Assembly: GCA_964574655.1 (NCBI GenBank)
Contig: CAZNOH010000001.1
Coordinates: 471,020 to 535,019 of the forward strand
Source of the DNA: an uncultured Candidatus Saccharibacteria bacterium
GTDB taxonomy: Bacteria; Patescibacteriota; JABMPQ01; JAQVVF01
Direction: 5' to 3'
Length of the DNA stretch: 64,000 nucleotides
Positions 1 to 10,069 of the stretch are shown here, piece by piece; position 1 is the stretch's first letter, and the number at the start of each line of letters is the position of its first letter. A program made the translations under genes and the position numbers. The notes below the pieces were generated by a model. The model made no database searches. It worked only from the letters and a program-made list of their open reading frames with translations, and was not told the DNA's origin.

Positions 1-925
1 TTAGTTTTAAGGCGGATTTTGAATCTGAAAGCAAATTATAGCTAGTCAGAATTGGTTTTTGGGAATCAGAGACTAATAATTCTTTATTTCCATCAGAGTC
101 GATATCGCCGAAGTTTGGAACAATACTGCTTGGATATTTTGTGGCTTTTAGTTCTTTTATGGAATTCTTTTTGAAGCCAAAACGAAAAATTTTGCATTGT
201 GTTCCTGATGATGCTTGACATGCAGCAATCTCATCATACCCATCATTGTTCATATCGCCTGCTGATATATTTACTCCGCCTCGAAAATTCTGGTCAAAAA
301 TTAAAAATTGGCCAATTTTTTCTTGCTTGCTATTATAGATTTCGATATATGGAGCTTGGCCTTCGTTTGTTGCGACAATAATTTCGTCCTGACCGTCTGA
401 ATCAATATCGCCCGTAGTAATATTAATTCCTTTGTTGAAGTTTGCAGGAAAGGCAAGAATATCAGGCGCTATTTTTTCTCCTTTTTTATTAAAAAATCTA
501 ATCACTGGTTTTGTATTTTTCCCTGATGCAGTAATGATTTCATCTTTGCCGTCGTTGTTAAGATCGCCTGTTGCAACATCAATGCTTGTTTTGACATTTT
601 TATTATAAGCAAAAAAAGAACTTATTTTTTTGCCATTTTTAGAATATATGCGGATTTCAGGTTGCCAATTGCTTTTTGGTCCAACAATAATTTCATCTTT
701 TCCATCGCCTGTAACATCGCCGACTGCTAAATTTATTCCGCCTGAAAAATTCTTGCCATAAGGCCAGATTTTTTTTGTTTCTTTTTTTGTATTATAATTA
801 TATATTTTAACTGGTTTAAGATCGTCTGTTTTTGGAGCTGTAACAACTAAAGAAGCGGCACATGTTGTTCCGGCCAAACCTAAAAGCGCTATATTAAATA
901 TTAAAAATTTAACAAATTTCTTCAT
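1..925 (-). CDS. FG-GAP/VCBS-type repeat secreted protein; ORF runs off the window start (3' end missing)
   Basis: ATG at 925 (minus strand) followed by a signal-peptide-like MKKFVKFLIFNIALLGLAGTTCAAS. Repeated GDxxGDGKDEIIV / GDLNNDGKDEII / GDIDSDGQDEIIV units typical of FG-GAP beta-propeller repeats. The frame stays open to position 1. Absent from the ORF track only because it lacks an in-window stop. Confidence 0.7.
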   Translation of the reverse strand, partial: MKKFVKFLIFNIALLGLAGTTCAASLVVTAPKTDDLKPVKIYNYNTKKETKKIWPYGKNFSGGINLAVGDVTGDGKDEIIVGPKSNWQPEIRIYSKNGKKISSFFAYNKNVKTSIDVATGDLNNDGKDEIITASGKNTKPVIRFFNKKGEKIAPDILAFPANFNKGINITTGDIDSDGQDEIIVATNEGQAPYIEIYNSKQEKIGQFLIFDQNFRGGVNISAGDMNNDGYDEIAACQASSGTQCKIFRFGFKKNSIKELKATKYPSSIVPNFGDIDSDGNKELLVSDSQKPILTSYNLLSDSKSALKL

Positions 926-1054
926 AATTTGTTTTGTTATTGATGAAGTAATATTAGCTTAAGTTTTTGTTTTTGACAAGGATGACCTGTCATCCTGAGT
1001 GGCAACGAAGGATCCAGCTGTTGTATGATTAATCATGGGATTCTTCACTGCGGT

Positions 1055-1807
1055 TCAGAATGACTCAGCAGAAAAGTTATGAGAAATTAGATTAGCAAAA
1101 TCAGTTGGTTTTGGATTGTTTAAAGATATCTTTTTATTCAATGACCAAAATCCATGCCTGGAATGATCACCAAATTTACCGATTTTTTGCATTCCATGGT
1201 CTGAGATTATTAAAATAGTTGCTTCTTGATGTTCAGTTTGAACTTTTCTAGCAATATCGTTTAATTCCTGATAAATTATTTTCATTTTTAGATCCAAACC
1301 AAAGCTTAGATGACCAATAATGTCAGCTAAATTGAAATAGCCGAAAACTAGATCTTTGTTAGTTTTTAATTCTTTAAGGAATTGCTCTTTGACAAATTTG
1401 TGATGATCAAATGCGCACTTATCAAATTCCTTAATGCCATTTTTTTTTTCAAAAAAACCTTTTAGTAATTTTCTTTCTAAATCATGCTGTTTTTTTATGT
1501 ATGAAAAGCCTGGTACGTCAATTGTGTAGTGATTTTTAAATCTTTTTAAAAAAGTATTTTTTGGTTTGATTGATGATTGCCACATTTCTGCGCCTTTAGC
1601 CAGAATGTCTTTTTCTAGATTTTTGCCAGCCATAAAAGATGACCAGATCACAATTGTTCTTGGTTCGCTGAATTCTGATAGATCTGTTTTGCCGTATGAT
1701 ATTTGTTTTAGATTTGTGAAATTATTTTTTTCTACAAAATCATATTCTAAACCATCGTAACCTAAAATGATTAACATAACTATTATTTTTAAATAACCAA
1801 GAAACAA
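1055..1807 (-). CDS. alkaline-phosphatase-superfamily metalloenzyme (phosphodiesterase/phosphomutase-like)
   Basis: 250-aa ORF. The C-terminal ILIISDHGM metal-ligand motif and N-terminal LGYDGLEYDF are characteristic of the alkaline phosphatase / type I phosphodiesterase core. Start may be the internal MLIILGYDG. Confidence 0.5.
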   Translation of the reverse strand: MFLGYLKIIVMLIILGYDGLEYDFVEKNNFTNLKQISYGKTDLSEFSEPRTIVIWSSFMAGKNLEKDILAKGAEMWQSSIKPKNTFLKRFKNHYTIDVPGFSYIKKQHDLERKLLKGFFEKKNGIKEFDKCAFDHHKFVKEQFLKELKTNKDLVFGYFNLADIIGHLSFGLDLKMKIIYQELNDIARKVQTEHQEATILIISDHGMQKIGKFGDHSRHGFWSLNKKISLNNPKPTDFANLISHNFSAESF

Positions 1808-1918
1808 GAAACAAACAAATTAGAATATTCAATAACCAATAATCAAACCTTTCGTCGACGAGTTTGGTTGTTGCTTCTTATATCTTGTTTGTATCTTGCT
1901 TTTTGTATCTTAGATGAA

Positions 1919-3157
1919 TTATTGAATGTCAGGAATAATACCACCAGCCACTGTATCATATTGATCAGCTAAAACAAATCTACCTGTTTCTTGAATTTTA
2001 GAAAAAACATCAATAGCAATCGGCTTTTCTAACTTAATTGTAACTTCTCCGACTTCAGTATTGTTGATTACTGGCGCATTTTCCTCCAATGTTTCTAAAG
2101 TTGATGAATTAACGCGTTTGTTTATGCAAGCAATTGTTCCCAATGCTTCTTGAGTGACTGATCTGAAAATTATTTTTTGGCCTTTCTTGTAGCCTTGTTT
2201 TGACATCCAAAAGACATTGGCTTTAAATTCTGAGGTTGTTTTTGCAGGATCTTCTTTTTTGCAAATTATCTCCCCTCTTTCAACAAAAGGATCATCTTTG
2301 ATTGTGATGCCAGTACTTTCTCCTGCAGAGGCTTCTTTCTTGTTTGGATTATTAAATTCCTCTACTGAAGTTATCACTGATTCATTGTTTGACGGCAACA
2401 TCAAAATTTTATCGCCAGTTTTCAAGGTTCCTGATTCTACTCTACCAGCTAAAACACGTTTGTCGCCAATTTTATAAACATCTTGCACTGGAAAACGAAG
2501 CGCTTGATTTGCTTTGTCGCTCAAAGGACTAAAAGTGTCCAAGGCTTGCAAGATGGTATGGCCGTTGTACCATTTCATATTCGTTGATGGTTTGGCTATG
2601 TTCTCGCCTTTGTTTGCAGATACTGGTATGATATACGTTGGTTTTAAATTTATTGAAGATAAGAATTTTTTTAATTCTTGAACGACTTCGTTAAATCTAT
2701 CAAGCTTGTAGTCTACTAAATCCATTTTGTTGACAGCAATAACGACTTGCTGAATGCCAAGCATGCTTAGAACATAAGCATGACGTTTTGTTTGCTCTTG
2801 AACGCCTTCGTTAGCATCAACAATTAAAATCGTTGCTTCAGCTTGTGAAGCGCCAGTAATCATGTTTTTTAAAAATTCTTTGTGACCTGGAGCGTCGATT
2901 ATTACATATTCTCTTTTTTCTGTTTTGAAAAAGATTTGGGTAGTGTCAATTGTGATTCCTTGCTCTCTTTCTTCTTGAAAATGGTCAGTAATAAAACCAA
3001 ATTCCATCTCTCGCCCAAGAGACTCACAGACTTGTTTTATTTCAGCAACTTTGTCTTCTGGTACACAGCCTGTATCATAAAGTAAGCGACCTATTAAAGT
3101 TGATTTGCCGTGATCGACGTGACCAGTTATTACTAATTTTAAGTATTGTTTTTCCAT
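1919..3157 (-). CDS. cysN: sulfate adenylyltransferase subunit 1 (GTPase CysN)
   Basis: [16 protein letters not shown]-loop, DAPGH, NKMD G-motifs, and an EF-Tu-like domain II/III tail. 412 aa, with no fused APS-kinase domain. Confidence 0.88.
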   Translation of the reverse strand: MEKQYLKLVITGHVDHGKSTLIGRLLYDTGCVPEDKVAEIKQVCESLGREMEFGFITDHFQEEREQGITIDTTQIFFKTEKREYVIIDAPGHKEFLKNMITGASQAEATILIVDANEGVQEQTKRHAYVLSMLGIQQVVIAVNKMDLVDYKLDRFNEVVQELKKFLSSINLKPTYIIPVSANKGENIAKPSTNMKWYNGHTILQALDTFSPLSDKANQALRFPVQDVYKIGDKRVLAGRVESGTLKTGDKILMLPSNNESVITSVEEFNNPNKKEASAGESTGITIKDDPFVERGEIICKKEDPAKTTSEFKANVFWMSKQGYKKGQKIIFRSVTQEALGTIACINKRVNSSTLETLEENAPVINNTEVGEVTIKLEKPIAIDVFSKIQETGRFVLADQYDTVAGGIIPDIQ

Positions 3158-3197
3158 AGGTTTAATGTGGTTATTTGTTTAAAAACGTAAATTATAA

Positions 3198-3292
3198 TAC
3201 GAATCCGAGTACGAATAATGCGAATGTTGCGAATTACGAATACGACGATTTGCAATTCGTATCATTTGCATTATTCGTATTTCATTCGTATT
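3198..3292. repeat. array of about 5 direct TACGAAT/GCGAAT heptamers followed by about 3 inverted ATTCGTA copies (long imperfect dyad) in the cysD-cysN spacer
   Basis: Read directly: tacgaat..tacgaataatgcgaatgttgcgaattacgaatacgac..attcgtatc..attcgtattt..attcgtatt. The reverse complement of the region is nearly the region itself. Confidence 0.7.
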
Positions 3293-3297
3293 GTATT

Positions 3298-4101
3298 TTA
3301 CATATATCCCAACGCTCTTAGCTTATTCATAACATAAACACTTTCTTTATCTTGTGCTCTTCCTGATCGTTCTGAAATTTTGGTTGTTTCTAATTCTTGA
3401 ACAACTTCATGAACATTTGAAGCGCAAGAAGTTACCGGACTGCAACATGTTTCACAGCCAATTGATCTGAATCTTTTGCCATTTTTAGCAAAATATAAAT
3501 CAACGATTGGAATATTTTCTCTTTCGACGTAAGCCCAAATATCTTTTTCGGTCCAGTCAAGCAAGGGATGTACTCTGATGTGTTGTTCTGCAGCTTGTTT
3601 TTGTTTATATTGATCCCATAATTCAGCTGGCTGGTCTTTGTAATTCCACTGGAATTGTTGATTGCGTGGAGAAAAAACTCTTTCTTTTGCTCTAATTCCA
3701 TGCTCATCTCTTCTGATGCCTAAAAGCAAGGCTTTGAATTTGTATTTGGCGATTGCTTGTTTTAGAGCTTCAGTTTTTAATTGACCACAGCAATCTAGCT
3801 TGTCTTTTGTTTTTGGATTCATTCCGGCTTTTAAAGCAATTTCGTTTCTGGCAATAAGTAATTTTAGATTCCATTTTTTTGCATATTCATCGCGGAATTG
3901 ATAAATTTCTTTAAATTTAAAGCTTGTATCAATGTGCATTACAGGAAAAGGCAAATGACCATAGAATGCTTTTTGACAAAGCCATAATAATGTTGTTGAG
4001 TCTTTACCGATTGACCAAAGTTGAGCAATGTCATGGTATTGCTTGTAGGCCTCTCTGATGATAAAAATGCTTTTTGATTCAAGATAGTCTAAATGTGTCA
4101 T
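3298..4101 (-). CDS. cysD: sulfate adenylyltransferase subunit 2 (CysD, PAPS-reductase-like ATP pyrophosphatase fold)
   Basis: SIGKDSTTLLWL PP-loop motif, CysD-like length (267 aa), immediately upstream of cysN on the same strand. Confidence 0.88.
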   Translation of the reverse strand: MTHLDYLESKSIFIIREAYKQYHDIAQLWSIGKDSTTLLWLCQKAFYGHLPFPVMHIDTSFKFKEIYQFRDEYAKKWNLKLLIARNEIALKAGMNPKTKDKLDCCGQLKTEALKQAIAKYKFKALLLGIRRDEHGIRAKERVFSPRNQQFQWNYKDQPAELWDQYKQKQAAEQHIRVHPLLDWTEKDIWAYVERENIPIVDLYFAKNGKRFRSIGCETCCSPVTSCASNVHEVVQELETTKISERSGRAQDKESVYVMNKLRALGYM

Positions 4102-4224
4102 GAGTTTGTAAGGTTAAAAAGTTATAAAGTTTTTAAACTATTATATTAATAGTGATATATGGTGATAGCTAATTTAAGTATAATAGATAATTATAAAAAC
4201 TCAAATAATGTTGTTAATAACTTA

Positions 4225-4434
4225 TTATTTTATATAGCCCATTTCTCGTAATCTTTTCATTACTCTTTTTGTATCAGCTTCAAAATTACCTTCTCCACCT
4301 TTGACATATTCGCGAAGTAAATAAGCAGCAAAACTTGAAACAGATGGAAAACCTTTGTCATTGATATATTGCTCTGTTGCATCGTAGACTGTTTTTGGAA
4401 TAGAAATGGTTTTGAATTTTTTGTTTATTGCCAT
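4225..4434 (-). CDS. small ribbon-helix-helix-like protein; possible regulator upstream of cysDN
   Basis: 69 aa. N-terminal beta-strand-like TISIPKTVYDATEQYI followed by helical segments (RHH/CopG-like pattern). Sits at the head of the minus-strand cysD-cysN transcription unit. Confidence 0.35.
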   Translation of the reverse strand: MAINKKFKTISIPKTVYDATEQYINDKGFPSVSSFAAYLLREYVKGGEGNFEADTKRVMKRLREMGYIK

Positions 4435-4517
4435 ATGCTTGAAAGTGTTTTAAAATATATTTGATGATGTATTCGTATTGATATAAATGTTTTTTTGTTG
4501 TAAAATAAGATAAATAA

Positions 4518-4970
4518 TTGCTTATGAAAATAAAAACTTTGTTATATTCTATTTTAGTGTTTTTAGCGGTTTTGTCAATTGTTGCATTGATAATGTCTTT
4601 TTGGCTAGGAGTTGCAAGTTCTTTTCGGTTAGTATTCGGTATTCTCTATATTCTGTTTATTCCCGGACTTATTTGGAGTTATGTGTTTTTCTCAAGCGCT
4701 GATTCAACGCTGATTTCTAACGCTGATAATACGCTGATAAAAAATACTGATAATAAAAAAGTAGAAGGTATTGATTCGATTGAAAGAATAATATTGTCAG
4801 TTGCTTTGTCGTTAGCTTTAGTGCCATTGGTTATTTTCTTTATAAATAAGATTGGCGTAAAAATTAATTTGATAAGTGTTGTGCTTGAGGTACTCGGAAT
4901 TATTTTAATTGGCATGACGATTTTAGTTGTTAAATATTTTTTGGATAGGAAAGTAGTAAGTAGAAAGTAG
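4518..4970 (+). CDS. small polytopic membrane protein (hypothetical)
   Basis: 150 aa, 4 predicted hydrophobic helices, and an internal SADSTLISNADNTLIKNTDN mini-repeat encoded by tandem ACGCTGAT units. Confidence 0.5.
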   Translation: MLMKIKTLLYSILVFLAVLSIVALIMSFWLGVASSFRLVFGILYILFIPGLIWSYVFFSSADSTLISNADNTLIKNTDNKKVEGIDSIERIILSVALSLALVPLVIFFINKIGVKINLISVVLEVLGIILIGMTILVVKYFLDRKVVSRK

Positions 4971-5008
4971 AAAGTCTACTTACTGCTTGCTACGTTCTGC
5001 ATTCTACT

Positions 5009-6112
5009 ATGCCACATTATGATATTTTGGTTGTTGGCGCTGGTTTTGCGGGCGCTGTAATTGCTGAAAGATTGGCATCCCAATTAGACAAAAAGGTTTT
5101 AATCATTGATAAAAGAAATCATATTGGAGGCAATTGTTATGATTGCTATGATAAATCAGGTGTTTTGATTCATAAGTATGGGGCTCATTTATTTCATACT
5201 GACAAGAAAGAAGTTTTTGATTATCTATCAAAATTTGCAAAATGGCATAAATATGAGCATAGAGTTAAGGCTAATATCAAGGGTGAAATTTATGACATGC
5301 CTATTAACTTGAATACCATTAATAAGTTCTTTAAAAAAGATTTTACCCAAGTTCAATGCCAAAAATATTTAAATAAAATTAAAGTTAATATTAAAAATCC
5401 AAAGAATGCAGAAGAGCAAGTTGTTTCACAAGTAGGCTGGGATATTTATAATAAATTTTTTAAGAATTATACAATCAAGCAATGGGAACGACATCCAAGA
5501 AAGCTTGACGCTTTAATAACTGCAAGAGTGCCTATTAGATTAAATACTGATGATAGATATTTCGATGACCCATATCAATTCATGCCGAAACTAGGTTTTA
5601 CTGATCTTTTTGAAAAAATATTAAGTCATAAAAATATAGAAATTAAGTTAAAAACTGATTTTAAGGAAATAAAGGATGGCATTGATTGCAAATTTATAAT
5701 ATACACTGGATGCATTGATGATTTCTTTGATAAAAAGTTTGGCGGACTTCCCTATCGATCATTAAAGTTTAGATTTAAGAATTATAATCAACCCTTTTTT
5801 CAAGAGCATACTGTAATAAATTTTCCAAATGAACATAAATATACAAAAGCTGTTGAGATTAAACATGCAACTAAGCAAAGAATAAATAAGACAACTGTTG
5901 GTTATGAATACCCTGCATCAGCTGGTGAACAATATTATCCTGTTTTTGAGCCTAAGAATGAAAAATTATATAATAAATATTCAAGATTAGCTGCAAAATT
6001 AAAAAATGTTTATTTTATTGGAAGATTGGCTGAGTATAAATATTATGATATGGATGATGTCGTCTTTAGAGCCTTGACTCTTTATAAAGAGATTGAAGGT
6101 AAGAAAAAATAG
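5009..6112 (+). CDS. glf: UDP-galactopyranose mutase (copy 1)
   Basis: N-terminal FAD-binding VVGAGFAGAV. Signature NHIGGNCYD and KYGAHLFHT motifs, and YFIGRLAEYKYYDMD at the C-terminus. Confidence 0.9.
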   Translation: MPHYDILVVGAGFAGAVIAERLASQLDKKVLIIDKRNHIGGNCYDCYDKSGVLIHKYGAHLFHTDKKEVFDYLSKFAKWHKYEHRVKANIKGEIYDMPINLNTINKFFKKDFTQVQCQKYLNKIKVNIKNPKNAEEQVVSQVGWDIYNKFFKNYTIKQWERHPRKLDALITARVPIRLNTDDRYFDDPYQFMPKLGFTDLFEKILSHKNIEIKLKTDFKEIKDGIDCKFIIYTGCIDDFFDKKFGGLPYRSLKFRFKNYNQPFFQEHTVINFPNEHKYTKAVEIKHATKQRINKTTVGYEYPASAGEQYYPVFEPKNEKLYNKYSRLAAKLKNVYFIGRLAEYKYYDMDDVVFRALTLYKEIEGKKK

Positions 6113-6161
6113 AGTTATTGTTTTATTGTCAAATTGCTAAATTGTTAAGAATTAATAACGT

Positions 6162-6197
6162 TAAGCAATTTAACAATTTAACAATTTAACAATTTAA
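6162..6197. repeat. tandem octamer (CAATTTAA)x4 flanked by an inverted ttgctaaattgttaag / cttaacgttaagcaa pair immediately upstream of the gmd start
   Basis: Read directly: gcaatttaacaatttaacaatttaacaatttaagctATG. Confidence 0.7.
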
Positions 6198-7274
<1,077 letters not shown>

Positions 7275-7282
7275 TTTAGAAA

Positions 7283-7642
7283 TTGAAAATTTTAATATTA
7301 AATATTAAAATGAAAATTGTTTATTTTAAAGGTTATGAATCTAGCTGGTTTAAATATTCTTTTGATGAGCAAATGGGCAATATTGGTAGCGAGGTTTCTC
7401 GTATGAGCTCTGCTTTTAAAATAAAAGATAAGAAAAGAGCGTCGGATTGTTACAAATATGCTTCAGAGTTAATTTATTTAACCTCGATTGATCCGAGACG
7501 GAAAAATAAAACAAAAGAAATCAAGAGAGTTCGTGAAGATTTATTGGTTGCTTTTAATGATTATGATAAAAATAAGTGTTTGCTTGATAATCTAAACAAA
7601 TATCTTTATAACTTTGCTTATCGTTGTCGTGCTAATAGATAA
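7283..7642 (+). CDS. hypothetical protein wedged between gmd and the reductase gene
   Basis: 119-aa ORF with 8-9 nt gaps to both neighbours. No recognisable motif. The true start may be the internal MKIVYFKG. Confidence 0.4.
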   Translation: MKILILNIKMKIVYFKGYESSWFKYSFDEQMGNIGSEVSRMSSAFKIKDKKRASDCYKYASELIYLTSIDPRRKNKTKEIKRVREDLLVAFNDYDKNKCLLDNLNKYLYNFAYRCRANR

Positions 7643-7651
7643 ATTTATATA

Positions 7652-8569
7652 ATGAAAAAAGCTTTAATAACAGGCATATCAGGATTTGTCGGACCATACT
7701 TAGCAAAAGAATTAAAAAAACATAAATATGATGTTTTTGGACTTGATCGAACTGGCGGCTTAATTACTGATAAGATAAAGATTGAAAAATGCGACTTGTT
7801 AGACAAAGAAAATGTTTTTGAAGTTATAAATGAAATTAAACCTGATTTTGTTTTTCATCTTGCTGGTTTTAGTTCTGTTAAAGATAGCTGGGACAAGCCT
7901 GAATTGTGTAAAAAAATTAATGTTGAAGGGACGAGAAATTTGCTTGATGCAATCATGAAAGCTAAACTTAACCCAAAAATATTAATAATTACTTCTGCTG
8001 AAGTTTATGGCAAACCTAAAAAATTGCCTCTTAAAGAAACATTTACGCTATCTCCAGAAAGTCCTTATGCAAAATCAAGAGTTGAACAAGAAAAATTATT
8101 ATTAAATTATAAAAATTTAGATTGGATTGTTTCACGAAGTTTTAATCATACTGGACCAGGACAACAGCCTATTTTTGTTATTCCTGAATTTGCTAAACAA
8201 TTAGCAGAAATTAAGCTAAAAAAGTCTAAGCCTAAAATTTTTGTTGGAAATTTAAAAGCAAAACGTGATTTTAGCGATGTTAGAGATGTTGTAGCTGCCT
8301 ATCGAATTTTACTTGAAAAAGGGAAAAGTCATGAGATTTATAATGTTTGTTCTGGCAAATCTTATGTTGTTAAAAGTTTGCTTTCTAGAATGATTAAAAT
8401 GTCTGGAAAAAAAGTTAATGTTGTTGTTGATAAAGACAAGTTTAGACCAGTTGATATTATGGATTTAAAAGGAGATAATAAAAAGTTTAAAAAACTAGGT
8501 TTTAAATTTAAATATAGTATTAATAAAACTTTGAAAGATAGTTTGAATTGGTGGATTGACAAGCGTTGA
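7652..8569 (+). CDS. NAD-dependent epimerase/dehydratase family reductase, GDP-4-keto-6-deoxy-D-mannose reductase (Rmd)-like or GDP-fucose synthase-like
   Basis: ITGISGFVGPYL Rossmann motif, YAKSR (YxxxK), SFNHTGPGQ. Position directly after gmd. Confidence 0.6.
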   Translation: MKKALITGISGFVGPYLAKELKKHKYDVFGLDRTGGLITDKIKIEKCDLLDKENVFEVINEIKPDFVFHLAGFSSVKDSWDKPELCKKINVEGTRNLLDAIMKAKLNPKILIITSAEVYGKPKKLPLKETFTLSPESPYAKSRVEQEKLLLNYKNLDWIVSRSFNHTGPGQQPIFVIPEFAKQLAEIKLKKSKPKIFVGNLKAKRDFSDVRDVVAAYRILLEKGKSHEIYNVCSGKSYVVKSLLSRMIKMSGKKVNVVVDKDKFRPVDIMDLKGDNKKFKKLGFKFKYSINKTLKDSLNWWIDKR

Positions 8570-8623
8570 TTTGACGCTGATCACTAAAACTGATTTAATG
8601 CTAATTTTTGTTAACATAAAATT

Positions 8624-10069
8624 ATGTCGTTAGCAAGGACAATGTTTAAAAATACTTTTTGGCTAGGTGTTTCTTCGGCTATCCAAATGTTTTTCGGTTT
8701 TTTTGTAAGTATTTTTTTAGCTCGATATTTGGGAAATATTGATTATGGCAAGTATGTTTTTGTGTTTTCTTTTACTGGATTGTTTGGTATTTTGGTTGAA
8801 TTTGGATTTTCAAATTTTTTAATAAATGAAATCGCTCGTGATAAAAGTAAGCTAAAGGATTATTTAGAGAATGTTTTAGCGCTTAAAATAATTATAAGCA
8901 TTTTATTTTTATTCTTGGTTTTTTTATTGCTTTATTTTACTAATAAACCACTTGAAGTCAAAATTTTTATTTATATTTCATCAATCGCTATTATTTTTAA
9001 TTCCTTTACAACTGTTTTTTATTCTGTTTTTCGTGCATATGAACAAATGAAAAATGAAGCAATTATTATTGTTGCATTAGCAATTATAAACTTTGTGCTA
9101 GTTTTCTTTGCAATTTTTAAAGAATTTCCTTTGCTTGTTTTTTTTGAAATAAACTTACTTGTCTCAATACTTGGTTTTTTGCTTGCTTTACTTTTTGTGC
9201 GTCGAAAATTTGTTCTATTCAGTCTTCGTAGAAATATTGCTTTATGGAAAAGAATACTGAAAAACATTATTCCTTTTGTATTGAGTGGTATTTTTATGAG
9301 CATTTATTTTTATACTGATCAGGTAATGCTTTCTTTTTTGAAAGGTGATCAAGCTACTGGATGGTATGGTGCTGTTTATAAAATATTTTCTGTTTTTTTT
9401 GGTTTAAGTGCAGTTTATTTTGGTGTTTTTTATCCAGTTGTTTCAAGACTTTATACTGAAAGCAGAGAGAAACTAGAACTTTTACTGAAGACTACTTTGA
9501 AAATTTCTTTTATAATTTTTCTGCCAATATCATTAATTATTTTTTTGTTAGCTAAGCCAATTATGTTGCTTTTATATGGCAATGATTTTTTGGGTGGTGT
9601 GCTAGCGTTACAGATTATAATATGGATAATTCTGTTGTTTTTCATAAGTCCAGTATATAGCAATACATTATTAGCTTGTTCTCAAAGAAAAGTTTTTACA
9701 ATTGGTACGCTTCTAGGAACTATTACGAATGTTGTTTTGAATTTTTTATTAATTCCAGCTTATAGCTTGAATGGCGCTGCAGCTGCAACTCTGATTTCCC
9801 AGTTAGTTGTTTTTATTTACATGTTTTATATGCTCTCAAAAAAAATCATATACATCAATTTTTTATGCTATATAGCAAAACCTTTGATTGCATCTATTTT
9901 TATGGGTGTTTTTGTATATCTACTTTGTATGAAGAATGTTAATTTGTTTGTGATATTGTTTATAGGTATCATCGTATACTCGGCTATTTTTATATTATTA
10001 AAAGGAATAAAAAAAGAAGATTTATTGTTTATTTATAAGTTATTAAAAGAAAAAAATGTTAAATCATAA
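8624..10069 (+). CDS. Wzx-like oligosaccharide flippase (MOP/polysaccharide biosynthesis protein family)
   Basis: 481 aa, about 12-14 TM helices, typical Wzx N-terminal NTFWLGVSSAIQMFFGFFVSIFLARYLG. Confidence 0.8.
   Translation: MSLARTMFKNTFWLGVSSAIQMFFGFFVSIFLARYLGNIDYGKYVFVFSFTGLFGILVEFGFSNFLINEIARDKSKLKDYLENVLALKIIISILFLFLVFLLLYFTNKPLEVKIFIYISSIAIIFNSFTTVFYSVFRAYEQMKNEAIIIVALAIINFVLVFFAIFKEFPLLVFFEINLLVSILGFLLALLFVRRKFVLFSLRRNIALWKRILKNIIPFVLSGIFMSIYFYTDQVMLSFLKGDQATGWYGAVYKIFSVFFGLSAVYFGVFYPVVSRLYTESREKLELLLKTTLKISFIIFLPISLIIFLLAKPIMLLLYGNDFLGGVLALQIIIWIILLFFISPVYSNTLLACSQRKVFTIGTLLGTITNVVLNFLLIPAYSLNGAAAATLISQLVVFIYMFYMLSKKIIYINFLCYIAKPLIASIFMGVFVYLLCMKNVNLFVILFIGIIVYSAIFILLKGIKKEDLLFIYKLLKEKNVKS

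Noticed and set aside
199-381. Many short track ORFs antisense to or overlapping well-supported genes (199..381, 1566..1760, 2217..2477, 2882..3085, 3432..3707, 4679..4915, 8362..8562, 9019..9303, 9451..9663, 10563..10763, 16960..17175, 18235..18438, 19149..19454, 20450..20746, 21443..21655, 24343..24567, 25930..26166, 31479..31715, 34289..34555, 36460..36687, 38454..38651, 39392..39586, 41088..41479, 42499..42894, 44404..44625, 45679..45960, 48366..48846, 49488..50546, 51012..51671, 51971..52332, 53002..53547, 53821..54021, 55976..56170, 56386..57459, 61405..62202, 62266..63636)
   Set aside because: Each lies inside a longer ORF with clear family signatures on the same or the opposite strand. 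They are low-complexity or AT-rich translations with no motifs or expression signals.
985-1050. Possible tRNA or structured small RNA in the spacer with the palindrome ggatgacctgtcatcc
   Set aside because: It is a single 7-bp stem and 2-nt loop with no cloverleaf arms and no T-run. It is too little to call an RNA gene or terminator.
6162-6197. CRISPR array
   Set aside because: The only tandem repeats in the window are an 8-mer x4 (6162-6197) and short heptamer arrays. There are no 24-48-nt repeats with unique spacers and no cas genes.
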